Shown: positions 28,375 through 38,237 of the stretch, one piece after another
Layout: every line of letters begins with the position of its first letter
How positions within the stretch are numbered: the stretch's first letter is position 1
Virus record (IMG/VR): IMGVR_UViG_3300031996_000002
Strand: one strand, 5' to 3'
DNA length: 64,000 bases
From: an uncultured virus (IMG/VR IMGVR_UViG_3300031996_000002)
Taxonomy: Duplodnaviria; Heunggongvirae; Uroviricota; Caudoviricetes
Position numbers and translations under genes: made by a program
The notes under the pieces: generated by a model
What the model saw: only the letters and a program-made list of their open reading frames with translations
Database searches by the model: none
Told to the model about the DNA's origin: nothing

Positions 28375-28942
28375 GGACAACGAGTTCTTCACCGTTCCGC
28401 TCGCGGCACGGCTGATGTCGCGTCCAGTCGGCTTCGGTGACGTGGAGTCCTTCCACGACTTCGTCGGCGACCTGTTCGCCACCGATGAGTGGGACACCGA
28501 TCCAGCCCTGCTGCTGCTGTTCTCCGATCAGCCGAAGCAGGGTCGAGTGATGGCCGCGGTGTTCACCGTGGAGGATGCCAAGCCGTACACGGTGACCACT
28601 CACCTGGCACGGGCGATGGTTTCGTCGGCCCGCGAGGACCACCTCTTCGCGAAGCGGATCGTCGCGGCCAGCTTCTACAGCGAAGCCTGGGCGTACACCG
28701 TGGACAAGAGCGTGGCCACCGAGGAGGAGATACAGCAGGACTGGGAGCGGTACCGCAAGGTCGCGGCCCGTTCCGAGTCCAAGGTGATCTCCACCATCGA
28801 GGTGGACGGGGACAGGGAGTTCCACTCCTTCCTGCACCGCGGTGTCGACACCGCGTTCCAGGACTCACCCCAACCTCTGGAGGGCGGCGGGATGCAGATC
28901 GCACTCGCCGAACTTCGGACCACCCTGCGGGCCATGCAGTGA
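28367..28942 (+). CDS. hypothetical protein
   Basis: overlaps upstream gene; contains SEAW motif. Confidence 0.6.
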   Translation: MAEDNEFFTVPLAARLMSRPVGFGDVESFHDFVGDLFATDEWDTDPALLLLFSDQPKQGRVMAAVFTVEDAKPYTVTTHLARAMVSSAREDHLFAKRIVAASFYSEAWAYTVDKSVATEEEIQQDWERYRKVAARSESKVISTIEVDGDREFHSFLHRGVDTAFQDSPQPLEGGGMQIALAELRTTLRAMQ

Positions 28943-28974
28943 GGCTCGCACAACCAAGAAAGAGAGATAACTAG

Positions 28975-29232
28975 ATGGCAGCGATCGTTCGGCTCTCCGC
29001 CGACATTCAAGTAGCCAAGGGCGACCCCGCCCGGTTGGTGCAGGCGCTCAACAAGAAGGAGAACCGCAAGAAGTTGGCCGACTACTGCGCGCACGTCCTC
29101 GTGGCGGACGTCATGGAGTCGGCCGAGGTGTCTCCCGAGGGCGCCTACATCCACGCGCACGACATGAGCTCAGGGTCGTGCAACGTGGACAAGAACGAGG
29201 CCAAGACCGAGGTCCTTCCCGACTTCAGCTGA
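28975..29232 (+). CDS. hypothetical protein
   Basis: ORF after an AGAAAGAGAG leader. Confidence 0.5.
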   Translation: MAAIVRLSADIQVAKGDPARLVQALNKKENRKKLADYCAHVLVADVMESAEVSPEGAYIHAHDMSSGSCNVDKNEAKTEVLPDFS

Positions 29233-29285
29233 TGGCAACCCGCACCCCCGAAAGTTCCGACCAGACAACAAGAAAGGCACACACC

Positions 29286-30806
29286 GTGTCCGACACCATC
29301 GAGCTCGTCCCCGTCGACGCCAAGCCCAAGATGAACAACTTGGACGACAAGAAGATCAAGGAGGCCTTCCTCAACGAGCTGGCCCAGTTCAGTTCCTCCT
29401 CCTACACCGCCGACGACGGCGTGGCGTACCACAAGGAGCCGAAGAACAAGATCTCTCTACCGGAGGGCATGACGCCGGAGAAGGGCGCTCAGGCGCTCAT
29501 CGAGGTCGCCACAGCGAACGCCGAGAAGCAGAACTTCACGCACACCTTCAAGTTCCGTCCCTGGGACGGGGCCTTCGCACTGCAGAAGGTGCTGCACAAG
29601 TTCTTCGGCACCACGGGTCGCGGCAAGCCGATCCAGACCATGTTCGGCCCGATCCCGCCGCAGACCATCGAGATCGAGGTCGGCGTGGGCCCGAACGGCA
29701 AGATCGAGACGGCCCAGATCCCGTGGGGCCACATCGACATCGCCTTCTTTGACGGGCACATGGAGCTGGGCACCCAGCGGGACGAGGAGTACGGGCTGCT
29801 CTTCTCGCTGACGGTCAACTGCCCGAAGAAGTATGCGGCAGCCATCCACGGCTTCTTCAACCTGATCGAGAACGAGCTGGAGACCAACTCGATCTACAAG
29901 GGCAAGTCCATCAAGGGCACCGACCAGCCCCGCTTCATCAACGTCAAGTCCAACCCCACCATCGTGTACAACGAGGACGTCACCCGCGCCCTGACGAACA
30001 CGGTGTGGGGCGTCATCGCCAACGCCGAGCTGCTCAAGAGTGACAACCGCCGGGTCAACAACCGGGTGCTCTTACACGGTCCGTTCGGCACCGGCAAGTC
30101 CGAGTGCGGCATGCTCACGGCACAGGTGGCCAACGAGTTCGGCTGGACCTTCATCCAGTTCAAGTCGGGCCAGTCCACCCTGGAGGACCTGGAGTCCACC
30201 ATCGCCACGGCCAAGCTGATGAGCCCCTGCGTGGTGTTCATCGAGGACATCGACATCTACGCCTCCAAGGAGGGGGCCAACGCCCAGACCAGGATCACCA
30301 ACCTGTTCGACGGCATCGGCTCCAAGGGTGACGAGGTCATGATCGTGATGACCTCCAACCGTGCCGCGGACTTCTCCAAGGGCATGCTTCGAGCCGGTCG
30401 AGTGGACCGGATGATCGAGATTGGGCCGTTGGACCGCAACTCCACCGAGGAGCTCATCCGCAGGGTCATCGGCAAGGACCGGCTGGACCCCAACACGGAC
30501 TACGACAAGGTCTGGAAGGCGCTGGAGGGCTTCGAGCCCGCCTTCGTGCGCCAGACCTTCGACCAAGCCGCCACGGCAGCGCTGATCCGGACCCAGTCCA
30601 AGGACTACATGCTCACCACGGAGGACTTCGTGGGAGCAGCAGAGCTGCTGCGTCCGCAGCACGAGCTGCACACCTCCAAGGCGGACCGGGCCAACGAGGT
30701 CACCGTAGACACCATGTTCCGCAAGGCCATGGCCGAGGTGTTCACCGACAACCTGCAGCTGACCTGGCAGGGCGACGAGATCGAGGTCGTGCTCGTCGAG
30801 CAGTGA
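29286..30806 (+). CDS. AAA+ ATPase
   Basis: Walker A GPFGTGKS, Walker B VVFIEDID, sensor TSN, SRH LRAGRVD. Confidence 0.9.
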   Translation: MSDTIELVPVDAKPKMNNLDDKKIKEAFLNELAQFSSSSYTADDGVAYHKEPKNKISLPEGMTPEKGAQALIEVATANAEKQNFTHTFKFRPWDGAFALQKVLHKFFGTTGRGKPIQTMFGPIPPQTIEIEVGVGPNGKIETAQIPWGHIDIAFFDGHMELGTQRDEEYGLLFSLTVNCPKKYAAAIHGFFNLIENELETNSIYKGKSIKGTDQPRFINVKSNPTIVYNEDVTRALTNTVWGVIANAELLKSDNRRVNNRVLLHGPFGTGKSECGMLTAQVANEFGWTFIQFKSGQSTLEDLESTIATAKLMSPCVVFIEDIDIYASKEGANAQTRITNLFDGIGSKGDEVMIVMTSNRAADFSKGMLRAGRVDRMIEIGPLDRNSTEELIRRVIGKDRLDPNTDYDKVWKALEGFEPAFVRQTFDQAATAALIRTQSKDYMLTTEDFVGAAELLRPQHELHTSKADRANEVTVDTMFRKAMAEVFTDNLQLTWQGDEIEVVLVEQ

Positions 30807-30897
30807 TCTACAACTGAACCGGCGGGGGCAGTGGGCATCTCGCCTGCTGCCCCCGCTCCGTTGTCTTCATTCGTTTCCGAGGGAAGGAACCCCCGCC

Positions 30898-31089
30898 GTG
30901 CGCGGCCCCATCATCGTTTTCGTCGTATCGCTTGCCAAGGAAGCCGCTCAGGTCGTCGCACACTCGCTCATGCGGATCCTCTCCGGGAAGCCGGAGAACA
31001 ACTTCGAGCGTGAGGTCGCTGACCTGCTGCGCAGGTTCCTGCAGAAGCTCATCAACCGATCCAGACTCATGAACCCAGGCGTGCCGTGA
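30898..31089 (+). CDS. hypothetical protein
   Basis: AAGGA RBS; GTGA overlap with next gene. Confidence 0.45.
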   Translation: MRGPIIVFVVSLAKEAAQVVAHSLMRILSGKPENNFEREVADLLRRFLQKLINRSRLMNPGVP

Positions 31090-31571
31090 TGGCCAACCTT
31101 CCAACCTCAGTGCCCATCGAGATCCCGCCCGGCACCACACTCGCGTGCCAGAGCAGGAGCAAGCCCATGGGCTCCTCGCTTGCAGACCTGGACCAGCGCA
31201 CCGCGGTGCACTTCGAGTCGCTGCCTGCCATCGATGACGACGAGTACTACGCCGTCGATGTCCTGGACAACTGGCGGCAGAACGTTCCGATCGAGAAGAT
31301 CATCACGGTCTACCGCTGCGCCAACTGTGAGTTCTGGTACGAGCAGGACCACTTCGTGGTGCGCACCGTCGCCACCACCTCCTGGCAGTGCGGGCGCTGC
31401 TCGAAAGAGCATCCCGAGCGGGAGCAGGCCGTGCTGTGCTGCGACTACGAAGCCAAGCAGGACGAGCGCAGACGTGCCGAGGTGCGAGCCAAGTTGGCCC
31501 GGATGAACCCGCAGGATCGCGACCAGCTGCTGGCCGAGTTCTCCCGCGGGATCACCAAGGCGGACCTATGA
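31086..31571 (+). CDS. Zn-finger protein
   Basis: VYRCANC...WQCGRC...QAVLCC. Confidence 0.6.
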   Translation: MMANLPTSVPIEIPPGTTLACQSRSKPMGSSLADLDQRTAVHFESLPAIDDDEYYAVDVLDNWRQNVPIEKIITVYRCANCEFWYEQDHFVVRTVATTSWQCGRCSKEHPEREQAVLCCDYEAKQDERRRAEVRAKLARMNPQDRDQLLAEFSRGITKADL

Positions 31572-32092
31572 GTGTCTCCCGGCTGGCGCCCAACACCGCC
31601 GGGCAGTGCCTGCAGTGCGACGGGCTCTTCGAGCTGCCGCTGCTGCGCAATGTCACCGACCTGGATCACACCATGGTGCTTTGGCTAGATCCTGGCGATG
31701 ACTATGCCGCAGAGGAGGCCGAGGTCCTCTGGTTCGCCGTCGAAGAGTTGATCGCCAGGTTGGACCGGGAGCGCCCACCGATGTTCTGGGTGTACCGCTG
31801 CCCGTGTTGTGACAACTGGCTCGACGAATCCGACTTCAACATCTTCGGTGCCGTGGAGATGTGGCGTTGCGACAGCTGCGAGACGCTCTGGGAAGACCGG
31901 GTGCAGGCCTACGAGTGCTGCAGCACTGTGGATGATGGTGCGGATCCACCCGTCCTGGAGCTACCGCAGGAGAACCCGATCCCGGTGTTGCCCGCCGTGT
32001 TGCGGGCCAAGGCGGCGATGCACGACGTCTCGGTGGCCGCCCTGAACCTGCAGCAGGCGCTGGAACGTGCCCGCGCCAAGATCGACAAGTAG
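31568..32092 (+). CDS. Zn-finger protein, paralogue of preceding gene
   Basis: VYRCPCC...WRCDSC...QAYECC. Confidence 0.6.
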   Translation: MSVSRLAPNTAGQCLQCDGLFELPLLRNVTDLDHTMVLWLDPGDDYAAEEAEVLWFAVEELIARLDRERPPMFWVYRCPCCDNWLDESDFNIFGAVEMWRCDSCETLWEDRVQAYECCSTVDDGADPPVLELPQENPIPVLPAVLRAKAAMHDVSVAALNLQQALERARAKIDK

Positions 32093-32099
32093 GCTCACC

Positions 32100-32197
32100 A
32101 AGCCCCCGTCAGGCCTTCGGGTCTGGCGGGGGCCCAGGGAGCTTTCTTTGTGCCCTCCTGCCCTCCCCTTCGGGGGAGGGCTCAGGGGGCCTTTTTG
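32100..32197. terminator. terminator region between convergent early and late operons
   Basis: GCCCCCGTCAGGCC-TTCG-GGTCTGGCGGGGGC and CCCTCCCC-TTCG-GGGGAGGG hairpins with T-tracts. Confidence 0.75.
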
Positions 32198-32207
32198 CGT
32201 TTCTGGG

Positions 32208-32576
32208 CTAGTTCATCGACAGCGCGATGGTGTTGGCCGAGACCGCCCACGCCGAGCCCTGGGTGATCCGCACGACGGCATCCAGGCTGGAGTACCACAG
32301 CAGGTTGCCGTTGAGCTGGGCATCCCAGCCCGCCACGTGGGTGATCACGATGGACGGCAGGCCGGGCCAGCGCACCGGACCGGCGTTCCAGATGGTCCGG
32401 CCGTCCACCGAGGTGAAGTCGGCCCGCACCCGCTTGTAGGTGCCGCCGAACACCTCGGAGGCGTAGGCCCCGGCGATGTCGGGGTTGTCGTAGTGCAGTG
32501 CCAGCCAGTAGCCGTCCTGGGAGGCGTCGGTGAGCCACTGCTGCACCTGGTAGTCGCTGAATCTGCCAACGCTCAT
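32208..32576 (-). CDS. small minor tail protein
   Basis: YWLALH..P.....EV.GG.Y.R...THV..WDA..GN motif; last gene of tail operon. Confidence 0.65.
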   Translation of the reverse strand: MSVGRFSDYQVQQWLTDASQDGYWLALHYDNPDIAGAYASEVFGGTYKRVRADFTSVDGRTIWNAGPVRWPGLPSIVITHVAGWDAQLNGNLLWYSSLDAVVRITQGSAWAVSANTIALSMN

Positions 32577-32586
32577 CGAAACTCCT

Positions 32587-34752
32587 CTAGGCGCCGGGGG
32601 ACTGGATGTAGAGCCGACCCAGCAGGTAGGCCGGGGTGGCCCCCTGGTCGTCGGCGTAGACCATCACGTAGAGCATTCCCGCGGTGGTGTTCGACTGGGT
32701 CTTCTTGGCGTCGTACTTGTCGAAGCTGGGGTCGCTGGAGGTGTTGAAGGTCCAGGTCTGCTCGTCGACCAGCTTGCCGGTCTTGGGCGCGTGCGCGCTC
32801 TCCAGCCCGGGGGAGTAGCCAGCGCCCTCGTAGTAGTTGCCCCAGCCGATCACCAGGTCGCTGCCACCGGCCAGCAGCTGGCCCGGGTTGTTGGTCTCGG
32901 TGCCGTCGGCGTTGATGGTCTCGAAGGCCCCGGGGAAGAACGGGTAGCGCTGCCCGGCCAGGTAGCCCTTGTACTTCTTGGAGTACTGCGCCGGGATCAT
33001 CGGCATCGAGGTCACGTTGGTCCCCGAGGTGCCGTAGATGCTCACGTGGAACCGGCACGGCAGCACGTTGCCGTCCTGGTCGTAGATGGCGAACTGGGAC
33101 AGCCGGATCGAGCCCGCCTGGCTCATCTTGATCGGGATGGCCGCCACCTTGGTCCCGGCCCGAGAGACCCCGGACCAGTTGTTGGTGGCGATGGGGTCCG
33201 CGGTGCCCAGCGGGATGTAGTACTTGGTGTAGCTCTTGTCCTTGGGCGGGTACTTGGTGGTCCACTGGGTCCAGGGGAAGGCGATGTCCTGGGGCATGGT
33301 CCGGAAGAACTCGGTGGCGTCGTAGGAGGCCGGGTCGCTGGGCACCACCCCGGAGCCGCCGGAGTAGCTCCACGGCTTGATCTGGTCCTGCACCGTGGTG
33401 GAGAACTTGCCGACCTGCAGCAGCCGGACCGGGTCCAGGGCGTCCCGGGTGCGGGCCTTGACCTCGGCCACCGTCAGGGCGTCGCGGAACTTGGTGTCCA
33501 CGGTGAGCGTGGCTGTCCCCTCGGCCACGTCAATGGCAACCTGTGAGATGTGGAAGAGGACATCAGTGCGCCGGAAGTTGCGCAGCACCACCGTCTGACC
33601 GGCCTTGATGAGCTGGCGCGGAAATGGGCTACCGCCGATCAACGGATCCACCCGAAGGGTGATGGAGCCAACGTAGCCCGGGTCGGCGAAGCGCCTCAGC
33701 TGAGTGGCGGCGGCATCCCGAGCGGCCTGCTCGTCCAACCCCTGCGGGAACTGGACCCGCGCTTCCTTGCGGGCCAGGTGCGGCAGCAGCCGCGGGTTGG
33801 ACGCGGAGCTGGGGTAGTACTGCGGCAGCGCAGCGAAGGGTTCGTAGTACGTGGTCTCTCCATCTGGAGTGACCTGTTGTCCGGAAAACTGGCTCCCAGC
33901 AAGGTCGGTACCTTGGCCATAGATGACGTTGGCGGACTGCGTAAAGTCGCGGGACAAGGAGACCTCTGTCCCGTGTACGCCATAGAAGACCTCAAGCGTG
34001 TTCGACTGCGGCGCACGAAGAGCAGGCCGAACCTGAAGCACGGGCACCCGGCCGGAACGCTTGTAGACCGTCCACTGGCCACCGTCATCGGTATACATGA
34101 CCGACAGCAGCGACTGGACGAACCCGGTCAGTAGCGGCTCCCAGGAGCCGGTGGAGCGGGTGGTCAGCCCGGTCCACAGGTGTCGCGGGGTCACGCCCCA
34201 GGGCCGCAGGAACCACAGGTAGTCCGGGTCGTCGAAGATCGGCACCCGCACGTTCCACAGGTAGGGGAACTGGATCACCAGCGGTGAGGTCCGCAGCGAG
34301 GGGTGCTTGGTGACGTCGAAGGCGTTGGCGATCAGCCGCTCGTAGGGGATCGGGTACTGCGGGAAGAACGGTGCGGCCAGGAAGTTGTCCAGCTGGTACA
34401 GCGCGCCCTTGCACTGCACGGTCAGCCCGCTGGCCCCGATCTCCTCGCTGACCGCGAAGCCCTCCCAGGTGTAGGCGGTCGGCTGGTTGTCCTGGTCGTA
34501 CCAGATCAGGTCGATGTCGGCCCACGGCACCAGCCACCACAGGTCGCCGCTGCCGGGCCGGTCGAAGCCGGTGACCCGAGGGAAGATCACCGTGGCCACG
34601 GCATCCCCGAAGGGGTCGGTGGAGGACATCTGGCCGATCTGGGTCGGCACGTCGCGGAAGAAGGTGACGTCCTGGCGCTGGCCTCCCGGAGGGCGTACGA
34701 AGATCCGCCAGCTGCCTCCGGAGGAGCTGGTGCGTACTGTCAGCTCGCCCAT
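32587..34752 (-). CDS. minor tail protein (tail tip / Tal-like hub)
   Basis: size and position downstream of tape measure. Confidence 0.65.
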   Translation of the reverse strand: MGELTVRTSSSGGSWRIFVRPPGGQRQDVTFFRDVPTQIGQMSSTDPFGDAVATVIFPRVTGFDRPGSGDLWWLVPWADIDLIWYDQDNQPTAYTWEGFAVSEEIGASGLTVQCKGALYQLDNFLAAPFFPQYPIPYERLIANAFDVTKHPSLRTSPLVIQFPYLWNVRVPIFDDPDYLWFLRPWGVTPRHLWTGLTTRSTGSWEPLLTGFVQSLLSVMYTDDGGQWTVYKRSGRVPVLQVRPALRAPQSNTLEVFYGVHGTEVSLSRDFTQSANVIYGQGTDLAGSQFSGQQVTPDGETTYYEPFAALPQYYPSSASNPRLLPHLARKEARVQFPQGLDEQAARDAAATQLRRFADPGYVGSITLRVDPLIGGSPFPRQLIKAGQTVVLRNFRRTDVLFHISQVAIDVAEGTATLTVDTKFRDALTVAEVKARTRDALDPVRLLQVGKFSTTVQDQIKPWSYSGGSGVVPSDPASYDATEFFRTMPQDIAFPWTQWTTKYPPKDKSYTKYYIPLGTADPIATNNWSGVSRAGTKVAAIPIKMSQAGSIRLSQFAIYDQDGNVLPCRFHVSIYGTSGTNVTSMPMIPAQYSKKYKGYLAGQRYPFFPGAFETINADGTETNNPGQLLAGGSDLVIGWGNYYEGAGYSPGLESAHAPKTGKLVDEQTWTFNTSSDPSFDKYDAKKTQSNTTAGMLYVMVYADDQGATPAYLLGRLYIQSPGA

Positions 34753-36866
34753 GTCATCGCATACCCGTAGATCGATCCGTACTGTGCATTGAGTTGCTCA
34801 ACCTGGGCCGAGGTCCGGGCATACAGGTCGATGTTCAGCTCCAGCATCTCGGCGTTGGCAATCGGGCCGCCCACCTTGACGGTGGCCGGGATGACGCTGG
34901 CGGTGGCCGAGCGCACCGTGAAGGAGTTGGTGGCTCCCGGCCCGGTGGAGATGTAGTAGGTCACCAGGGGTGGGGCGAACACCGCGGTGATGAACAGCGG
35001 GGTCACCGCCGCAGCCGCGATGGACAGCTGGGAGACCCGGGTCACCTCGGCGTTGCGTCCGGTCCAGTACGGCGTGGCGGTGAGCGCGAAGTCATCGTCC
35101 CCACCCGAGAGCAGCTGGTAGCCCAGCGGGGTGCGCAGCAGGAACACCCCGGAGACGGTCATCGCGGTGGTGTCCCCGTAGCCGAAGTCCCCGGCCAGCA
35201 CGCCGCCGGGATCCAGCGAGACCGCGCTGAAGGAGAAGATCTCCTTGACCCGGCGGTAGCTGGCGGTGAGCTTCTCCACCGGTCCGCTGGCCTGCAGCGA
35301 CCAGGGGTACAGCGAGCCGGTGTGGGCCCCCAGTGAGGTGCCGTTCATCTCGCTGGGCAGGAAGCGCACCTGGGTGCCCATGTCGACCGCCTCGGGCAGG
35401 TCTCGTCCGGTGGTCAGAAACTCCCCGCTGGTCGAGCACAGCGTGTCCGCCACCACCGACAGGGCAGGCTGGCGCGGGAACCCGTTGAGCGTCTGCACCA
35501 GACCGGGGTCCAGCGAGATCCCGTAGTTGCTGGCCCGCCCGGTGCTGGGCAGCCGCATCGGCTGGTTCTCCCCCGGATAGACCGAGAACAGCGTCTCCGG
35601 AGTGGGGTCGGGGATGACGATGCCGATCTTGCCCGGGGTCTCGTTCAGCACGCTCTCGATCGGCGCGGCGATGGCCTGGCGCAGCTGCAGCCGTCCGCTG
35701 GCGGTGGAGGTGTTGCCGGTGGAGAAGGCGGCCGCCTCGGGCGCCACCGAGGTGCCGACCTGGATCAGCCAGAAGCCCAGGGAGAACTCCTGGGGGCTGG
35801 TGGTCGGCCGGTTGACGTTGGTCCCGGCCAGGATCATGACCCCGTTGTGCACGTCGGCGGTCCACGAGCCGTAGTTGACCGAGATCGCCCCTTCCCACCA
35901 GTCCAGCACCAGCTCATCGCGGGTGGGCGGGGAGACCGTGGAGTCGATCAGGGCGATCGCCGGGGACCACTTCTCGGTGTTCTGGTCCCCGTAGTACAGG
36001 TCGTACTCGTAGACCGCGGCCTGGATGCCGGGGGCCACCGGGTAGGTCGGGCCGCTGACGTTCTGGTAGCTGCCGTTGTCGTTGGGGGCGATGACCGCCA
36101 GCTGGGTGCCGTTGGGGTCCAGCAGCTGCCAGCCGTCGGGGCGCGGGGTCAGCGGGTTGGCCTCGTAGTTGACCGGGGTGGCCGAGTAGGGGTCCCCGGC
36201 ACCGAAGAGCCAGTAGCGCTCGACGGCGGTCCACTCCGGCTTGGTCACGAAGGTCAGCGAGTCCGGCCCGACGGTGAACTCGATGCCGCTGCGCACCCCG
36301 TTGGAGCGACCCAGCACCGCGAACTTGGTCGGGTCGCTGGGGTTGCGCCACCAGCCGTTGACCTCCCAGCTGTAGGTGGTCGGCTGGTAGTGGTCGGTGT
36401 GCGCCCCGGCGGTGTACAGCCCCACCCCGTTGTAGCCACCCAGCACCACCTGGTCGGTGTCGGGCAGGTAGAAGCCCCAGCTGGGGATCAGGGTGTTGGT
36501 GAAGTCCTGCTCCCAGGTGCTGAGCTGGACCGAGGCCTCCACCGGGGTGGGCCCCGAGGCGTCCAGGGTGATCAGCGTGCTGGTGGTGCCCTCGGTGACC
36601 ACCAGCAGGGCGTGGGCGTTCTTGGTGGCCACCAGGGCCGGGTCCTTGCCCACGTCCGACCCGGCGTAGGAGTAGGTGCCCAGCACGGTGCCGTCGGCGC
36701 CCAGGTGCCAGACCTGGACCCGCTCGCCGGAGGCGCTGGAGCGGATCGAGGAGGCCAGCAGGAAGGTGCCGTCGTCCAGGGCCGCACAGGCCGGGGACAT
36801 GTTCGGGTTGCCGATGGTCCCGTACGGAATCCGGTCCAGCAGGAGCGCGGTGGTCAGCAGCTGCAT
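34740..36866 (-). CDS. minor tail protein
   Basis: long beta-rich ORF in the tail module. Confidence 0.6.
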   Translation of the reverse strand: MQLLTTALLLDRIPYGTIGNPNMSPACAALDDGTFLLASSIRSSASGERVQVWHLGADGTVLGTYSYAGSDVGKDPALVATKNAHALLVVTEGTTSTLITLDASGPTPVEASVQLSTWEQDFTNTLIPSWGFYLPDTDQVVLGGYNGVGLYTAGAHTDHYQPTTYSWEVNGWWRNPSDPTKFAVLGRSNGVRSGIEFTVGPDSLTFVTKPEWTAVERYWLFGAGDPYSATPVNYEANPLTPRPDGWQLLDPNGTQLAVIAPNDNGSYQNVSGPTYPVAPGIQAAVYEYDLYYGDQNTEKWSPAIALIDSTVSPPTRDELVLDWWEGAISVNYGSWTADVHNGVMILAGTNVNRPTTSPQEFSLGFWLIQVGTSVAPEAAAFSTGNTSTASGRLQLRQAIAAPIESVLNETPGKIGIVIPDPTPETLFSVYPGENQPMRLPSTGRASNYGISLDPGLVQTLNGFPRQPALSVVADTLCSTSGEFLTTGRDLPEAVDMGTQVRFLPSEMNGTSLGAHTGSLYPWSLQASGPVEKLTASYRRVKEIFSFSAVSLDPGGVLAGDFGYGDTTAMTVSGVFLLRTPLGYQLLSGGDDDFALTATPYWTGRNAEVTRVSQLSIAAAAVTPLFITAVFAPPLVTYYISTGPGATNSFTVRSATASVIPATVKVGGPIANAEMLELNIDLYARTSAQVEQLNAQYGSIYGYAMTWAS

Positions 36867-37321
36867 CAGGTGCCCTCCGGCGAGATGGCCCAGTCCATCA
36901 CCGACATGGCCACCGCCAGGGAGCCACGCGGGTAGGTCACCGCTCCGGCCACCAGCTCGACGGGCTCGGCGAAGAACCCAGCGAACAGCACCCGCCCACC
37001 GGCCGGGGAGTCCAGCAGCGCCCAGCCGCGCACCTGGCCCCAGTCGCTGGTGGCGGTGAAGGTCAGGTCGACGTCGTTGAACACCGCTCCGCCGTAGGCC
37101 ATCCAGTCGATCGCCGCGGTGCCGGGCAGCCGGGCGTAGTCGGCGGCCTGCGGCTCCTCCAGGTCCTCGGCGCTGTTGTGCACGGTGGGCACCACCGCGC
37201 TCAGGGCCAGGTAGTACCGGTCCACACAGGACTCGTTGCCCACCATGATGCCCAGTAGGTAGTTGGCGCCGTCCTCGGTCAGGTAGCCGAAGGTGTCCAG
37301 GGTGGGTGGGGTGTAGGTCAT
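36866..37321 (-). CDS. small minor tail protein
   Basis: DYAR...DWGQVRGWALLDSP.GG.VL; TGATG overlaps. Confidence 0.65.
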   Translation of the reverse strand: MTYTPPTLDTFGYLTEDGANYLLGIMVGNESCVDRYYLALSAVVPTVHNSAEDLEEPQAADYARLPGTAAIDWMAYGGAVFNDVDLTFTATSDWGQVRGWALLDSPAGGRVLFAGFFAEPVELVAGAVTYPRGSLAVAMSVMDWAISPEGT

Positions 37322-37749
37322 CAGATCTCCAGCGCCCAGGAGGAGACCGTGATGGACAGGTTGAGCTGTCCGGGGGCCATCACCGGCTGCATTCCGGCAC
37401 CGATGGTCCAGGTGATGCCCAGATCGCCCCCGTACAGCACGCTGCCGCCCTGCGGGGAGTCCAGGAGGGCCCAGCCCTGGACATCGCCCCAGTCGGCCCC
37501 AGGGACGCCCCACAGGACCTCCACGGTGTTGGCCACCGTGGTTCCCGAGGCGGCCCAGGACAGTCCGTCTGCCGCGATCGGGGCCCGGGCGTAGTCCGGG
37601 GCGTCGATCTCGTCGAGCTCCTCGGTGGACAGGAACGGCGCCGGGACGCTGCGGGTCAAGGTGAGCCAGTACTGGGCCGGAGGGAGCACCCGCTGGGTAG
37701 CCAGCCGGGCCAGGTACACCGCGCCGTCGCTGGTGATGAACCCCGCCAC
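37321..37749 (-). CDS. small minor tail protein, tandem paralogue
   Basis: DYAR...DWGDVQGWALLDSP.GG.VL; GTG start overlapping upstream TAG. Confidence 0.65.
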   Translation of the reverse strand: MAGFITSDGAVYLARLATQRVLPPAQYWLTLTRSVPAPFLSTEELDEIDAPDYARAPIAADGLSWAASGTTVANTVEVLWGVPGADWGDVQGWALLDSPQGGSVLYGGDLGITWTIGAGMQPVMAPGQLNLSITVSSWALEI

Positions 37750-38237
37750 TAGAAGATCACTTCGTAGCTGACCGCAGGCAGACGTGGCACCTCGAAGCTC
37801 ATCGTGGCCCGGCAGTTGTGGGCGTTCACCTGGGAGCGGTCGATGGAGTAGTCGGCGCTGTTGCAGATCCACACCTCGCGGTGCTCGTCCAGGGTCAGCC
37901 GCAGGTTGTAGACACTCTGCTCGAAGGCGTCCACCAGCAGCAGGATGTTCTCGGTGAGCATCGACTGGGACTGGCCCAGCACGTAGACCCCGATGGTCTC
38001 CTTGACGTTCTCCTTGACGCTGTGGACCTCGTACTCGCCGTCGTAGAACGGGCTGGTGACGGTCTCGCGCTTGCGGGTGGTCTGGGAGTTGCCCAGCCCC
38101 TCGGAGGTGACCACGTACCGGGCGTGGTCGTTCAACGAGACCCACTGGTCCTGGTAGGAAATCTCCAGGTTGAAGCTGCGCAGCCGGTTGTCGTTGACCC
38201 CGATCAGGGCGCCGTTCTGGTACTCGGCAGTGCTCAT
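37749..38237 (-). CDS. distal tail (Dit-like) protein
   Basis: first gene after tape measure; ATGA overlap. Confidence 0.55.
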   Translation of the reverse strand: MSTAEYQNGALIGVNDNRLRSFNLEISYQDQWVSLNDHARYVVTSEGLGNSQTTRKRETVTSPFYDGEYEVHSVKENVKETIGVYVLGQSQSMLTENILLLVDAFEQSVYNLRLTLDEHREVWICNSADYSIDRSQVNAHNCRATMSFEVPRLPAVSYEVIF

